Source of the DNA: an uncultured Acidimicrobiia bacterium
GTDB taxonomy: Bacteria > Actinomycetota > Acidimicrobiia > Spongiisociales > UBA5794
Length of the DNA stretch: 64,000 nucleotides
NCBI GenBank assembly: GCA_963753185.1
Contig: CAVWBO010000007.1
Location: 1,360,312-1,424,311 of the forward strand
Reading direction: 5' to 3'
Below are positions 41,278 through 54,310 of the stretch, piece by piece (position 1 is the stretch's first letter; the number at the start of each line of letters is the position of its first letter). The position numbers and the translations under genes are program-made. Under the pieces are notes generated by a model. The model made no database searches. It worked only from the letters and a program-made list of their open reading frames with translations, and had not been told where the DNA came from.

Positions 41278-41625
41278 TCAGGCACGGTCGTAATCGTCGG
41301 CGAGCCGTACGACGTCGTCGAGCTGGGGAGTCGAGACCTCGATCAGGTCGACGGGTGAATCCTGTGGAGCCTCGAACCGGTGCACCGTCCCCGCTGGGAT
41401 GTCGATTGACTCGCCTTCCGCCAGTTCCACGACCCGCTCCTGCCCGTCGGTCCCGAGTGTGAGGACGAGACGTCCGCTGACGACGAGGATCGACTCGTGC
41501 TTGTGGTCGTGGTACTGGAGGCTCAACCTGTGACCCGGCTCGATATGGAGGACCTTGCCCGCATAGTGCTCGGTGTGGGACCACAGCAGCTCGTGTCCCC
41601 AGGGTTTTTCTGTGCGCGATGCCAT
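41278..41625 (-). CDS. stand-alone cupin, type II mannose-6-phosphate isomerase-like
   Basis: EKPWG, LSLQYH..KHE, IPAGTVHR, LIEVST, DDVVRL.DDY.R. Confidence 0.85.
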   Translation of the reverse strand: MASRTEKPWGHELLWSHTEHYAGKVLHIEPGHRLSLQYHDHKHESILVVSGRLVLTLGTDGQERVVELAEGESIDIPAGTVHRFEAPQDSPVDLIEVSTPQLDDVVRLADDYDRA

Positions 41626-41718
41626 GGGCATGAGCGTAGTCCCACGGTGCTGCGATCCGATCAGGCAGGTGGAGGTGCCGGCGTGCCTAGCATCGGGAGC
41701 TCCGGACAAGGACGGCAC

Positions 41719-42966
41719 ATGAACCATGACATCGCGCACATTGGGCTCTCCGAACAGGGCCACCTCCGGGTGGAGTGGGCAGCGCGCCGGATGCCGGTCC
41801 TCGCGGCCATCCGGGAGCGTTTCGAGCGGGACAAGCCGCTGGCTGGATACCGCATCGGAGCGTGCATGCACGTCACCTCCGAGACGGCGAACCTGATGCT
41901 CACGCTCGTTGCGGGAGGCGCCCAGGTCGCGCTGTGCGCCTCGAACCCGTTGTCGACGCAGGATGACGTCGCGGCCGCCCTCGTCGACGCTGGTATCCCC
42001 GTGTTCGCCATTCGCGGCGAGGACGCGACGAGCTTCTACGACCACATCAACGCGGTGCTCGACACCGATCCCCACCTCATCTTCGACGATGGTGCGGACA
42101 TGACGACGGTGCTCCACCGCCAGCGGGTGGATCAGGCGATCATCGCAGGCATGGAGGAGACGACGACGGGCGTCATCCGACTCAAGGCCATGGCCGACGA
42201 CGGGGTATTGCGGTTCCCGGTCGTGGCCGTGAACGACTCCGACACCAAGCACCTGTTCGACAACCGCCACGGCACCGGGCAGTCCTCCCTCGACGGCATC
42301 CTGAGGGCGACGAACATCCTCTTCGCCGGCCGCCGGGTCGTCGTTGCGGGGTACGGGGACTGTGGTTGGGGGATCGCGACGAGGGCGAAGGGTCTCGGAG
42401 CGGACGTCATCGTCGTGGAGAGCAATCCGGTGCGCGCCGTTGCCGCGGCCATGGAGGGCCATCGTGTGCTCTCGAGCCACGAAGCGGCGCGCGTCGGTGA
42501 TGTGTTCATCACGGCGACCGGCAACATCCATGTGTTCCGTGCCGAGCACTTCGTGGCGATGCCAGACAACGCGATCATCGCCAATGCGGGACACTTCGAC
42601 GTCGAACTCGACCTGAACGCGCTCGACTCGCTGTCGGTTTCGCGGCGCATCATCCGCGACAACCTCGAGGAGTACACGCTCCCGAGCGGCAAGCGGATTC
42701 TCGTCGTCGCCGAGGGCCGCCTCGTCAACCTCGGTGCGGCGGAAGGACATCCCGCAGACGTCATGGACATGTCGTTCTCGGATCAGGCAATTGCAGCCGA
42801 GTGGATCGTCCAGAACGCAGATGAGCTCGAACCGAGGGTGTATCGGCTTCCCGATGCCCTCGACGCCGAGGTCGCGAGGCTCAAGCTCGAGGCCCTCGGA
42901 GGTTCGCTCGAGGTTCTCACCGATGAGCAGGAGAGCTACCTGGCATCCTGGGAGCACGGCACCTGA
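41719..42966 (+). CDS. ahcY: adenosylhomocysteinase
   Basis: CMHVTSETA, SNPLSTQD, EETTTG, KHLFDNRHGTG, GYGDCG, NAGHF, GRLVNL. Confidence 0.96.
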   Translation: MNHDIAHIGLSEQGHLRVEWAARRMPVLAAIRERFERDKPLAGYRIGACMHVTSETANLMLTLVAGGAQVALCASNPLSTQDDVAAALVDAGIPVFAIRGEDATSFYDHINAVLDTDPHLIFDDGADMTTVLHRQRVDQAIIAGMEETTTGVIRLKAMADDGVLRFPVVAVNDSDTKHLFDNRHGTGQSSLDGILRATNILFAGRRVVVAGYGDCGWGIATRAKGLGADVIVVESNPVRAVAAAMEGHRVLSSHEAARVGDVFITATGNIHVFRAEHFVAMPDNAIIANAGHFDVELDLNALDSLSVSRRIIRDNLEEYTLPSGKRILVVAEGRLVNLGAAEGHPADVMDMSFSDQAIAAEWIVQNADELEPRVYRLPDALDAEVARLKLEALGGSLEVLTDEQESYLASWEHGT

Positions 42967-43019
42967 TCGAGTAGCGGTATGAATGCCGCCGTGTCGGGCC
43001 CGGCCGATACGGTGTCGCC

Positions 43020-43757
43020 ATGGTGTGCCCTGCGTGTTCCATGCCGTCCCGTGGCCTCTGCCGGACGTGTAAGCGATCGCTGAGACCAGCTCCGCCGAGG
43101 ATGATCGACGGAGTCGAGGCGTTCTCGGCGTACGCCCACGTCGGTGCGGCGGTCCGGCTCGTGCACAACCTCAAGTATCGACGATGCCGAGCATCGGGCC
43201 TCCTGCTCGTCGATGCCATGGCCAGGCTCTCGCCCTCAGAGGTGACCTGTGTGGTTCCCGTGCGCCGGTCGCTCGTGCGGAGGATTCGATACGGCATCGA
43301 TCCATCCACGGTGCTCGCCATCGAATTGGCGCGAAGATGGTCCGTTCCCGTGGTCGATGCCGTGTCGGCACCGCCCTGGTGGCGTCGGCGCGCCGGGATG
43401 GATCGCGCGCGTCGGGGGAGGGTCCCGTTCCGGTTGCGAATACCAGTCCCGATCGGCGCCGTGCTCGTCGACGATGTACTCACCTCCGGTTCGACCGTCG
43501 CCAGTGTCATCGCACTGGTTCCCCACCGCAGGTTGTCCGTGGTCTCTGGTACATCTGCGGGTACTATTGGGTCGAGGGCGGGAATCGATCCCGTACCGGG
43601 AGGTGACGTGTCGAGCGACCGACCAGCTGCTGCTCAGCACCTGGGGATCGCCTCCGTCGTGCGCTGGCTCCCGCCCCGAATCCCGACGCCACGTCATGTC
43701 GATGTGGCTCGCCATGTCCACGGAAGGAGTACGGGTGACCGTTCGCGTTCACGGTAG
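43020..43757 (+). CDS. ComF family protein (Zn finger + phosphoribosyltransferase), with probably non-conserved C-terminal extension
   Basis: CPAC..LCRTC, LKY, LVDDVLTSGST. Upstream of hpf, as is typical. Confidence 0.75.
   Translation: MVCPACSMPSRGLCRTCKRSLRPAPPRMIDGVEAFSAYAHVGAAVRLVHNLKYRRCRASGLLLVDAMARLSPSEVTCVVPVRRSLVRRIRYGIDPSTVLAIELARRWSVPVVDAVSAPPWWRRRAGMDRARRGRVPFRLRIPVPIGAVLVDDVLTSGSTVASVIALVPHRRLSVVSGTSAGTIGSRAGIDPVPGGDVSSDRPAAAQHLGIASVVRWLPPRIPTPRHVDVARHVHGRSTGDRSRSR
43572..43710 (+). ncRNA. candidate structured 5' leader of hpf
   Basis: -10 TACTAT at 43562. Stems 43576-83/43669-76, 43599-606/43648-55, 43623-26/43641-44 and 43688-95/43701-08. Confidence 0.45.
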
Positions 43758-44277
43758 GAACATGCAGGTACCCGAGGAGATCCGGTCCTTCGCCGAGGAG
43801 CGATTCACGCATGCCGGGCGCATCTTCGACGATGGAGGCGCCGTCGATGTCGAGTTCTCGGAACGGAACAACCCGCGCATCGATGACCGGTTCGCCGTCG
43901 AGATCACCTCGACCGTCGCTGGACACATCGTGCGAATCGAGGCAGATGCGCCGGACGAGAAGTCTGCTCTCGACATCGCCGCCGACAGGTACGAGCGCCA
44001 GCTCCGGCGTCTGAAGGAACGCCTCATCCAACGGAATCGGGGAACGAACAAAGGTCTCAACCACGTCGGGGGACCCTCCGATGTAGATGAAGACCGTGGC
44101 GCAGGGATCGTCCGAACCAAGAGGTTCACGATGAAACCGATGACCGCTGAGGAAGCTGTATTGCAGATGGAGATGCTCGGACACGACTTCTTCTTCTTCC
44201 TCAACGCAGACTCGGATACACACTGTGTGGTGTATCACCGGCACGACGGCGACGTAGGACTTATCGAACCGGAATGA
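43735..44277 (+). CDS. hpf: ribosome hibernation promoting factor (long HPF/RaiA)
   Basis: VHGRNMQV, ERQLRRLKER, IVRTKRF.MKPMT.EEA.LQME.LGHDFF. SD AAGGAG. Confidence 0.93.
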   Translation: MTVRVHGRNMQVPEEIRSFAEERFTHAGRIFDDGGAVDVEFSERNNPRIDDRFAVEITSTVAGHIVRIEADAPDEKSALDIAADRYERQLRRLKERLIQRNRGTNKGLNHVGGPSDVDEDRGAGIVRTKRFTMKPMTAEEAVLQMEMLGHDFFFFLNADSDTHCVVYHRHDGDVGLIEPE

Positions 44278-44289
44278 GCCGGAGCGGAC

Positions 44290-44940
44290 ATGAAGAGACT
44301 GCTGGTTGTCGACGATGTGCCCCTGTTCAGGGCAGGCCTCACGGCCGCTCTCAGGGGTGCTGGGTACCTGGTCGTCGGTGAAGCAGCCGACGGCGAGGGT
44401 GCGGTCGCGCTCGCCGAGACCGAGCAGCCGGACATCATCCTCCTCGACGTCCTCATGCCGGGTGTTTCCGGCATCGACGTGCTGGAGAAGATCCACACGA
44501 TCGCCCCGACGTCCGCGGTCGTGCTCCTCACGGGAAGCGAATCCGAGGAGGACATGGTCGCCTCGATACGGGGTGGGGCACGCGGCTACATCCTCAAGGA
44601 CATGCCGTTCGACGAGTTGGTCCGATCCATCGACAACATCGCCCGTGGCGGCGCTGCGATCTCCGCCGGCATGGCAGGCAAGCTCTTCGATGTCACACGC
44701 CAGCTGCTCCGCCATCACGAACTCGTCGGAGCGCGCAAGCCGAGCCTCACAGGTCGCGAGATCGAGGTCCTCGAGCTCGTTGCGGATGGAAAGACGAGTC
44801 GGGACATCGGTGATCTCCTGTACATCTCGGAGAACACGGTCAAGAACCACATTCGCAACATCCTGGACAAGCTCGGACTGCACTCTCGCAACGAGGCCGT
44901 GCTCTACGCCATTCGGGAGAACCTCATCCGGATGCCCTAG
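44290..44940 (+). CDS. NarL/FixJ family response regulator
   Basis: VVDD, LLDVLMP, GYILK, LuxR HTH LTGREIEVL..ISENTVKNH. Confidence 0.94.
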   Translation: MKRLLVVDDVPLFRAGLTAALRGAGYLVVGEAADGEGAVALAETEQPDIILLDVLMPGVSGIDVLEKIHTIAPTSAVVLLTGSESEEDMVASIRGGARGYILKDMPFDELVRSIDNIARGGAAISAGMAGKLFDVTRQLLRHHELVGARKPSLTGREIEVLELVADGKTSRDIGDLLYISENTVKNHIRNILDKLGLHSRNEAVLYAIRENLIRMP

Positions 44941-45014
44941 CGCCCTGACCGACCTTGCTGTCGGGGGCACGAGCAGGGTTCACAACCATGGGTCCGTCGT
45001 AGTATCAATGGCCT

Positions 45015-47669
<2,655 letters not shown>

Positions 47670-47689
47670 GCGTCGCTACGCTCACCCGA

Positions 47690-48802
47690 ATGGAACCCGT
47701 CGAACTCAGATCGCTCGTCGCTGAGCTCACCGGACGCCTCAACGATGCACGTGCGTTCCTCGACGTCGCAGGCAAGGAGACCGAACTCGTCGATCTCCGC
47801 CTCGAGGCATCCGCCCCCGGACTGTGGGACGACCAGGAGCATGCACGAAAGGTCACGAGTCGGCTTGCACGCCACGAGCAGACGATCCGGCAGGTCACCG
47901 AGCTCGCATCGAGCATCGAGGACGTCGAGATCCTCCTCGAGATGGCGCTCGAGGAGGGCGACGCGGCCTCGCTGGCGGAGGTGCAATCGGAGCTGATGCG
48001 GATCTCGCGGGAACTCTCGATCCTCGAGCGTGAGTCGCTGTTCTTCGGGGAGTACGACGACAGTCCGGCGATCGTGTCGATCAACGCCGGTGCCGGCGGC
48101 GTCGATGCTCAGGACTGGGCGGAAATGCTGTTGCGGATGTACGTCCGGTACCTGGAGCGGTCGTCGTTCTCATTCGTCGTCGACGAGGTCTCAGAGGGTG
48201 AGGAGGCCGGCATCAAATCAGCCACCATCACCATCAGGGGCGACAACGCATACGGCACGTTCGAATCAGAGCGCGGGACACACCGGCTCGTTCGCATCAG
48301 CCCATTCGACTCGCAGTCGCGTCGACATACCGCGTTCGCAGGCGTTGATGTGATTCCCGAGGTGGATGTTGCCGAGGTCGATATCGATCCGGAGGATCTC
48401 CGCATCGACACCTACAGGGCATCCGGTGCCGGGGGCCAACACGTGAACAAGACGGATTCGGCGGTGCGGATCACCCACATCCCGACAGGTGTCGTCGTGT
48501 CGTGCCAGGCCGAGCGGTCCCAGATGCAGAACAGGGCGAGGGCCATGCAGTTGCTCGCCGCCCGCCTCGCCGAGAAGGCCCGTCAGGACCAGGCGACGAC
48601 CGTTGCTGCGATCCGGGGCGAGCAGACAGAGGCCGGTTGGGGAAGGCAGATCAGGAGCTACGTCCTCCAGCCCTACCAGATGGTCAAGGACCTCCGCACC
48701 GACTTCGAGGTCGGCAACATCCAGGGGGTCCTCGCAGGCGACATCGATGGGTTCATCGACTCATACCTCCACTGGCGACGCTCGGAGCAGGACGAGTCGT
48801 AG
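47690..48802 (+). CDS. prfB: peptide chain release factor 2 (no programmed frameshift)
   Basis: SPF anticodon-mimic motif, GGQ, RSYVLQPY. Single open frame. Confidence 0.97.
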   Translation: MEPVELRSLVAELTGRLNDARAFLDVAGKETELVDLRLEASAPGLWDDQEHARKVTSRLARHEQTIRQVTELASSIEDVEILLEMALEEGDAASLAEVQSELMRISRELSILERESLFFGEYDDSPAIVSINAGAGGVDAQDWAEMLLRMYVRYLERSSFSFVVDEVSEGEEAGIKSATITIRGDNAYGTFESERGTHRLVRISPFDSQSRRHTAFAGVDVIPEVDVAEVDIDPEDLRIDTYRASGAGGQHVNKTDSAVRITHIPTGVVVSCQAERSQMQNRARAMQLLAARLAEKARQDQATTVAAIRGEQTEAGWGRQIRSYVLQPYQMVKDLRTDFEVGNIQGVLAGDIDGFIDSYLHWRRSEQDES

Positions 48803-48948
48803 GTCCCTGTCCGTGCGGTGGTCGGCACGGTCATTCGTGCCGACCGCCGTACCGCTCGCCAATGCCGAGAGTTCCCGGAATGCGGCGGTAACCTCGCGGG
48901 ACGGTCGGCGACAGGCCAGAGTGTCCGACCACCCCCTGAGTCAATCCC

Positions 48949-49923
48949 ATGATCAAACTCGAAAACGTCACCAAGGTCTATCCGGGCGGCACGGTTGCCG
49001 TCAAGGACATCGATCTCGACATCGCAAAGGGCGAGTTCGTCTTCCTCGTCGGTGCATCCGGCTCCGGCAAGTCGACGCTCATCCGGCTGATGATGCGCGA
49101 GGAGGCCCCCACGAACGGCGACCTGTGGGTCGCCGGCAAGCACGCGTCGGATCTCGCCAATTGGAAGGTCCCACACCTGCGGCGCTCCATCGGCACGGTG
49201 TTCCAGGACTTCAAGCTGCTCCCGACGAAGACGGTGTACGAGAATGTGGCGTTCGCGATGGAGGTCACAGGAAAACACCGGTCCGTGGTGCGCAACCAGG
49301 TCCCCCAGGTGCTCAAGCTCGTCGGGCTCTCGGCCAAGGCCGACAGCCTCCCTCGCCAGCTCTCAGGGGGAGAGCAGCAGCGCGTGGCCGTTGCACGTGC
49401 CTTCGTGAACAGACCCCTCATCCTGCTCGCAGACGAGCCGACCGGGAACCTCGACCCCGGCACGTCTGTCGGCATCATGAGGATCCTCGACCGCATCAAC
49501 AGGACGGGTACAACGGTCGTCATGGCAACACACGACCACGCGATCGTCGATGCGATGCGCAGGAGGGTCGTGCAGCTCGACCGCGGGCGCATCGCTCGGG
49601 ACGAGTCGCGGGGCATTTACGAGACCCGTGAGATCACGGCGGTGACGACCGAATCCGGTGACGTCGAGATCGTCGCCGTCGCGACCCAGGACGGATCGCC
49701 GCCGCCGCTCGTAGTGGACGCCGCACAGCTATCGGATTCCGCGGTCATGGACCCGTCGCCCGAACCATCGGAACCGACCATGACTGCGACCGGAGGCGTT
49801 GAGGCGGTGTTCGAGGCGGATGAGACGGAGATCGTCGAGACGGACGACCGATCCGCGACAACCGAGACGCCTGATGCCCCCGAGGGCACCGATGACACGG
49901 ATGAGATCGAGGTGATCTCGTGA
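48949..49923 (+). CDS. ftsE: cell division ATP-binding protein FtsE with acidic C-terminal extension
   Basis: [39 protein letters not shown]. Confidence 0.94.
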   Translation: MIKLENVTKVYPGGTVAVKDIDLDIAKGEFVFLVGASGSGKSTLIRLMMREEAPTNGDLWVAGKHASDLANWKVPHLRRSIGTVFQDFKLLPTKTVYENVAFAMEVTGKHRSVVRNQVPQVLKLVGLSAKADSLPRQLSGGEQQRVAVARAFVNRPLILLADEPTGNLDPGTSVGIMRILDRINRTGTTVVMATHDHAIVDAMRRRVVQLDRGRIARDESRGIYETREITAVTTESGDVEIVAVATQDGSPPPLVVDAAQLSDSAVMDPSPEPSEPTMTATGGVEAVFEADETEIVETDDRSATTETPDAPEGTDDTDEIEVIS

Positions 49924-50810
49924 CCCAGATCTCGTACCTGTTCAAGGAGGCGTTCAACAACCTCGGCAGGAACATCCTGGTTGTTCTCGGTGCGATCCTC
50001 GCCGTGTTCATCTCACTGACGCTCACCTTCGGCACCGTCGTCTTCGGCGAGATCGTGCGCGTCAACACGCTCCAATGGGCCGAGGACGTTCGTGTCATCG
50101 CCTTCCTCCAGGACGACGTGACCACCGAAGACACGGTCGCGCTCCAGGCGGAGGTCCTCTCCTGGCCCCAGGTGCAGGACGTCTTCTACGTGTCGAAACA
50201 GGACGCGTTGGAGGAAGCGAAGGTGCTGCTCGCGGATGACGAAGGAATGCTCAGGGTCCTCGATGAGAACCCTGATCTGCTTCCGGCGTCACTGCGTGTC
50301 CAGCCCGTGGATCCAGAGGACTACGGCCTCATCGTCACGCGGTTGGGTGCGACGGCAGGAGTCCAGGAGGTGAAGTCCGCAGGTGAAGCCATCGACGCGA
50401 TGATTGCGCTTCGCGACGGTCTGCAGATCATGTTCTGGCTGTTGGCCGTGGCGCTCGGAGTCGCCGCGGTCGCTTTGATCGCCAATACCATCCACATGGC
50501 GATCTATGCTCGCCGCGAGGAGATCGAGATCATGCGACTCGTCGGAGCGAGCAACTGGTTCGTACGGACGCCTTTCCTCATCGAAGGGGCTTTGGAAGGG
50601 CTGCTTGGCGGCGCGCTCGCCGTCACGTTCATCGTCGTCGCACAGCAGCTGGCTGTCGACAGGCTCGCGGACCTCCCAGAGTGGATCAACCTCGCGATCC
50701 AGAACGATTTCCTCCTCAGGCAGGGTGCGCTGGTCCTGCTGTTCGGGGTTGCTGCCGGTCTCATCGGTAGCTCCTTGAGCCTTGCAGTCCACCGTACCTT
50801 GCGCTCGTGA
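49920..50810 (+). CDS. ftsX: cell division permease FtsX
   Basis: [36 protein letters not shown], four TM segments. Confidence 0.95.
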   Translation: MTQISYLFKEAFNNLGRNILVVLGAILAVFISLTLTFGTVVFGEIVRVNTLQWAEDVRVIAFLQDDVTTEDTVALQAEVLSWPQVQDVFYVSKQDALEEAKVLLADDEGMLRVLDENPDLLPASLRVQPVDPEDYGLIVTRLGATAGVQEVKSAGEAIDAMIALRDGLQIMFWLLAVALGVAAVALIANTIHMAIYARREEIEIMRLVGASNWFVRTPFLIEGALEGLLGGALAVTFIVVAQQLAVDRLADLPEWINLAIQNDFLLRQGALVLLFGVAAGLIGSSLSLAVHRTLRS

Positions 50811-52009
50811 CCAGGCGACTGCTCCTCCTCGCGCTCGTTGTCACCCTCCTCGGTGCTTCCGCGTATCCCGCCGTGGGAGCCGACCTCGACTCGGATCTCG
50901 ACCGCGTCCGGGAGCAGATGGCCGAGGTCAGGTCCAGGATCTCTGTCGTCGCGTCTGAGCGCTCCGCCCTCGCCAGGGAACTGATCTCGTCGGGTGAGGC
51001 GCTCGAGCAAGCAGAACGCGAGGTACTCGCCGCGTCCAACGAGGTCAGCATCATCGATGTCGCCCTCGCCGCGAAAATGGAGTCGCTCGCTGCGATCAGA
51101 GTTGAGCTCGGTGAGCAGCTCGCATCCCTCGCCGAGACACGGGGCCTCAGGGACGACGCACGCGGTGAGGCCGAGACGTGGGTGCTCCAGGCGTACATGG
51201 GTGGCGGGACGGCGCAGCCGTCCATCGCGTTCAGCGCAACGGCCGTCAACGACATCTCTGTCGGCGTTGCGTACCTCGACGTTCTCACTGTGCACAGCTC
51301 GAGTGCTGCCGATCGCTACGGTGCCCTCGTTTCGGAGGAGGAGCGCCAGGAGGCGGAGATCCGTCGTGTCGAGGAATCGATGGAGGAGGAGGTGCGCGAC
51401 CTCGAGGACCTCGGATCCGAGCTCGACCGTTTGGAGGAGGACCTCCGCCAGCGGCGCGAGCACCTTGCGACCGCGTATGCGGAGCAGGTCGAGCTCCTCG
51501 ACCGCCTCGACGGCGAGATCGCCCACTTCGAGGGTGAGCTGGCAGCCCTTGCGCGGGAGGAGTCCTCGATCCGATCGGACATCGCCGCCGCATCCGCGTC
51601 GACCAACGCTCCGGTCGCGAGTTCATCGTCAGGTTTCGTCAGGCCGGTTCCGGGAGCCGTGTCATCGGGGTTTGGTATGCGAATCCATCCGATCACGGGG
51701 CAGAACCGCATGCACAACGGAGTCGACATGAATGCGGCACAGGGTGACCCGATTCGCTCGGCACGATCGGGTCGGGTGATCTTCGCAGGTGCCAAGGGCG
51801 GGTATGGGAACACCGTCATGGTCGACCACGGTGGAGGAATGGTGACGCTCTACGCGCATCAGTCCAGGCTCGGGGCGTCGGTCGGAGCCGAGGTCGCGGC
51901 CGGTCAGGTCATCGGCTACATCGGGTCGACCGGTCAGTCGACCGGACCGCACCTTCACTTCGAGGTTCGCATCAACGGGGTTCCCGTGAACCCGACGAAC
52001 TACTTCTAG
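50807..52009 (+). CDS. coiled-coil M23 peptidoglycan hydrolase/activator (EnvC-like)
   Basis: Signal peptide, long coiled coil, [17 protein letters not shown]. Confidence 0.92.
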   Translation: MTRRLLLLALVVTLLGASAYPAVGADLDSDLDRVREQMAEVRSRISVVASERSALARELISSGEALEQAEREVLAASNEVSIIDVALAAKMESLAAIRVELGEQLASLAETRGLRDDARGEAETWVLQAYMGGGTAQPSIAFSATAVNDISVGVAYLDVLTVHSSSAADRYGALVSEEERQEAEIRRVEESMEEEVRDLEDLGSELDRLEEDLRQRREHLATAYAEQVELLDRLDGEIAHFEGELAALAREESSIRSDIAAASASTNAPVASSSSGFVRPVPGAVSSGFGMRIHPITGQNRMHNGVDMNAAQGDPIRSARSGRVIFAGAKGGYGNTVMVDHGGGMVTLYAHQSRLGASVGAEVAAGQVIGYIGSTGQSTGPHLHFEVRINGVPVNPTNYF

Positions 52010-52031
52010 GGCGGCTTGTAGCCTCCGCGCC

Positions 52032-52487
52032 ATGTCTGGACGCAAGGTCGTCGCAACGAACCGTCAGGCGCGGTTCAACTATGAGATCCTCGACACGTTC
52101 GAAGCGGGTATCGCTCTTCGCGGGTCTGAGGTCAAGTCGTTGCGTGCGGGCCATGTCCAGCTCAAGGACTCGTACGCCGACATCCGCAACGGGGAGGTGT
52201 GGCTCGTGAACGCCCACATCTCGCCGTACTCGTTCGCCGAGAACGGAGGGCACGATCCCGAACGCCAGCGAAAGCTCCTCCTCCATCGCCGCGAGATCGA
52301 CAGGCTGTTCGGTCGTATCCGGGAGGAGGGCCTCACCCTCGTCCCGATCCTGATCTACTTCTCCGAAGGCAAGGCGAAGGTGGAACTCGGACTCGGCAAG
52401 GGCAAGCGTCGCCATGACAAGCGCCAGACGATCGTCGAGCGCCAACAGCAACGCGAGATGGCCAGGGCGCGGAGCCACCGGCGATGA
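52032..52487 (+). CDS. smpB: SsrA-binding protein
   Basis: NRQARFNY, EAGIAL.GSEVKSLR, RKLLLHRREI, GKGK..HDKR. Confidence 0.97.
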   Translation: MSGRKVVATNRQARFNYEILDTFEAGIALRGSEVKSLRAGHVQLKDSYADIRNGEVWLVNAHISPYSFAENGGHDPERQRKLLLHRREIDRLFGRIREEGLTLVPILIYFSEGKAKVELGLGKGKRRHDKRQTIVERQQQREMARARSHRR

Positions 52488-52503
52488 TCGGAAGGCCCAG
52501 ACA

Positions 52504-52932
52504 GTGCGCGTGACGGTTGTCGTCGACATCGATGCCCCGGTCGAGGAGGTGTGGGCCGATGTGGCGAACATGGCATCCCACAGCGAGTGGATGGCAGACG
52601 CCGAACGCATCACCTTCGCGGGAGACCTTCGGTCGGGCGTCGGGACCGTCCTGATCGTGCCGACCCGGATCGGGCCGTTCACGACCGAGGATTGGATCAT
52701 CGTCACCGAATGGGAGGACCGTTCGAGGATCGGCGTCATCCACGTTGGGATCGTCTCGGGTGTGGGCGCGTTCACGCTCGAGGACCTCGACGGGCGAACC
52801 AGGTTCGTGTGGGACGAGGACATCACGCTGCCGATGGCCTTCGGCGGTCGCCTCGGTGAGATCGTCGCGAAACCCATCATGAGCGCGATATGGCGGTCGA
52901 ACCTCAGGCGGCTCTCCAGCCGATTCGGCTGA
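52504..52932 (+). CDS. SRPBCC (START-like) family protein
   Basis: IDAPVEEVW...HSEWMADA, GVGT, TRFVW.E. Confidence 0.82.
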   Translation: MRVTVVVDIDAPVEEVWADVANMASHSEWMADAERITFAGDLRSGVGTVLIVPTRIGPFTTEDWIIVTEWEDRSRIGVIHVGIVSGVGAFTLEDLDGRTRFVWDEDITLPMAFGGRLGEIVAKPIMSAIWRSNLRRLSSRFG

Positions 52933-52942
52933 GGCGCAGCCG

Positions 52943-53797
52943 TCAGGTCCCGAACTCGTCGAGGCCCGCCACCAGATCGATGAGCCGTTGATCCTCGAGG
53001 TAGCCCGTCATTCGCAGCAGCACCGTCCCATCGCCGTCGGTGACCACCCAGAACGGGAACGCGTTCACACCGAGCTGGCTTGCGAGTCTCAGGTCGTCGT
53101 CGACGAGGACGGTGAACGGGAACTGCTGATCCGCGAGGTACTCATCGAGCGGGTTGCCGCGGGTCGGATCGATCGACGAGGTGACCGTCGCGATCTCGAT
53201 CCCTGGGTACGTTTCGCGAAAGCCCGGGTAGAGGGCGGACAGTGACGGGAGCTCCTGCTGGCAGTACGGGCACCAGTGCGCCCAGACCATCCACACGCGC
53301 TTCGTGCCGTCTGCCGGGTCGATCGAAACGGCGTCGCCCGTGTACGCGTCCGGGCCTTCGACGACACCCAGGCGCATACCGAGGGCCGTGTCCTGCTGGC
53401 CCTGCTCGAGGCGCGGGAGCACGCCCGCGGGGAGGACAGGGGCGGCAGGGTTACCCGTCGACGGTGCTCCGGCGGAGGCGGTCGCTGACGCCAGCGCATC
53501 GACCGAATCCGTCGCCTCACCGACCTGCCTGGTAAGTGTTGCGACATCGCCTCGGGTCTCGGAGAGCTCGTTGCGGGTGTCGTTGAGCGTCGAGATGAGA
53601 TACAGCTGACTCACGAGCAACAGCCCGACGACGAGGACGACGGACCCGACGATCACATAGCGACCCGATGACCGCTTCGGCGTGGGGGATGGGGCCTGCT
53701 CTGTCGTTTCCGACGTCGGCTCGGTGTACTGGGCTGTCGTTGCCGGCTCTGCCGAGTCCACAGGTGTGTCCTCTGGCGACCCAGGGTTGATGGTCAT
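52943..53797 (-). CDS. membrane-anchored TlpA-family thiol-disulfide oxidoreductase
   Basis: TM helix, coiled coil, WAHWCPYCQQELP, GVNAFP. Confidence 0.88.
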   Translation of the reverse strand: MTINPGSPEDTPVDSAEPATTAQYTEPTSETTEQAPSPTPKRSSGRYVIVGSVVLVVGLLLVSQLYLISTLNDTRNELSETRGDVATLTRQVGEATDSVDALASATASAGAPSTGNPAAPVLPAGVLPRLEQGQQDTALGMRLGVVEGPDAYTGDAVSIDPADGTKRVWMVWAHWCPYCQQELPSLSALYPGFRETYPGIEIATVTSSIDPTRGNPLDEYLADQQFPFTVLVDDDLRLASQLGVNAFPFWVVTDGDGTVLLRMTGYLEDQRLIDLVAGLDEFGT

Positions 53798-53926
53798 GGC
53801 TCTTCAGGCTACCGGTGTTCCCGCCATGGCGAACATGGTCACCGGCGGCTGGTGAACCTGTGTGCGAAGTCTGGGCGGACCGGTACGCTTTGCAGGTGGA
53901 CGTGCTTCACGCGTTCCCGCACATGC

Positions 53927-54277
53927 GGGGGTGACATGGTTTCGACCGTGAGAGTTGAGGCGCCGGAAGCGAGCCGAGGTCGCCGGAGTCCTCGTAAAAG
54001 AGCCGGTACACACATAAGTGCAGACGAAAGTTACGCACTGGCAGCGTAGTTAAACGCTCCTGTCCTCCTGTTGGGCACCCACCTCGGCAGGTCAGGGCAA
54101 CGCAATGTGGGATGCTCCCGCCGGGATTCCGGGACCGGCGGGTCAAGCCAACTCCGGATAGGGCATGAGGGTGCTTGCCGACAGAGTCCTCGTGATCCGA
54201 AAGCTCGCTGTTGGCTGCGCTCGGAGATGCCGACGCTGATGTCTCTCGGGACGGGGGTTCGATTCCCCCCACCTCCA
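53927..54277 (+). ncRNA. ssrA: tmRNA, tag (A)ADESYALAA* at 54020-54049
   Basis: 5' GGGGGTGACATGGTTTCGAC. 3' T-arm GGGGGTTCGATTCCCCC, acceptor CACCTCC-A with G3:U pair. Resume context ATAAGT-GCA. smpB nearby. CCA not encoded. Confidence 0.97.
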
Positions 54278-54310
54278 CGAAGGGTGCAGACACGCCTGCA
54301 CCGCATCGAA

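Noticed and set aside
41632-41718. SAH riboswitch upstream of ahcY
   Set aside because: No GAGGAGCG...AGGCUC core is visible, and the short region is shared with a divergent promoter.
42980-43010. GCCGATAC upstream of comF (and GCCGAT at 16169-16174 upstream of the PBP) as further sigma28-like promoters
   Set aside because: No TCAA/TAAA element at the 16-nt spacing, and GCCGAT alone is frequent in GC-rich DNA.
47740-47770. Programmed +1 frameshift in prfB
   Set aside because: The frame is continuous (TTC CTC GAC) with no CTT-TGA site, which is normal for Actinobacteria.
53852-54049. 65-aa ORF ending in ADESYALAA
   Set aside because: It is the tmRNA tag frame extended upstream, not a protein gene.
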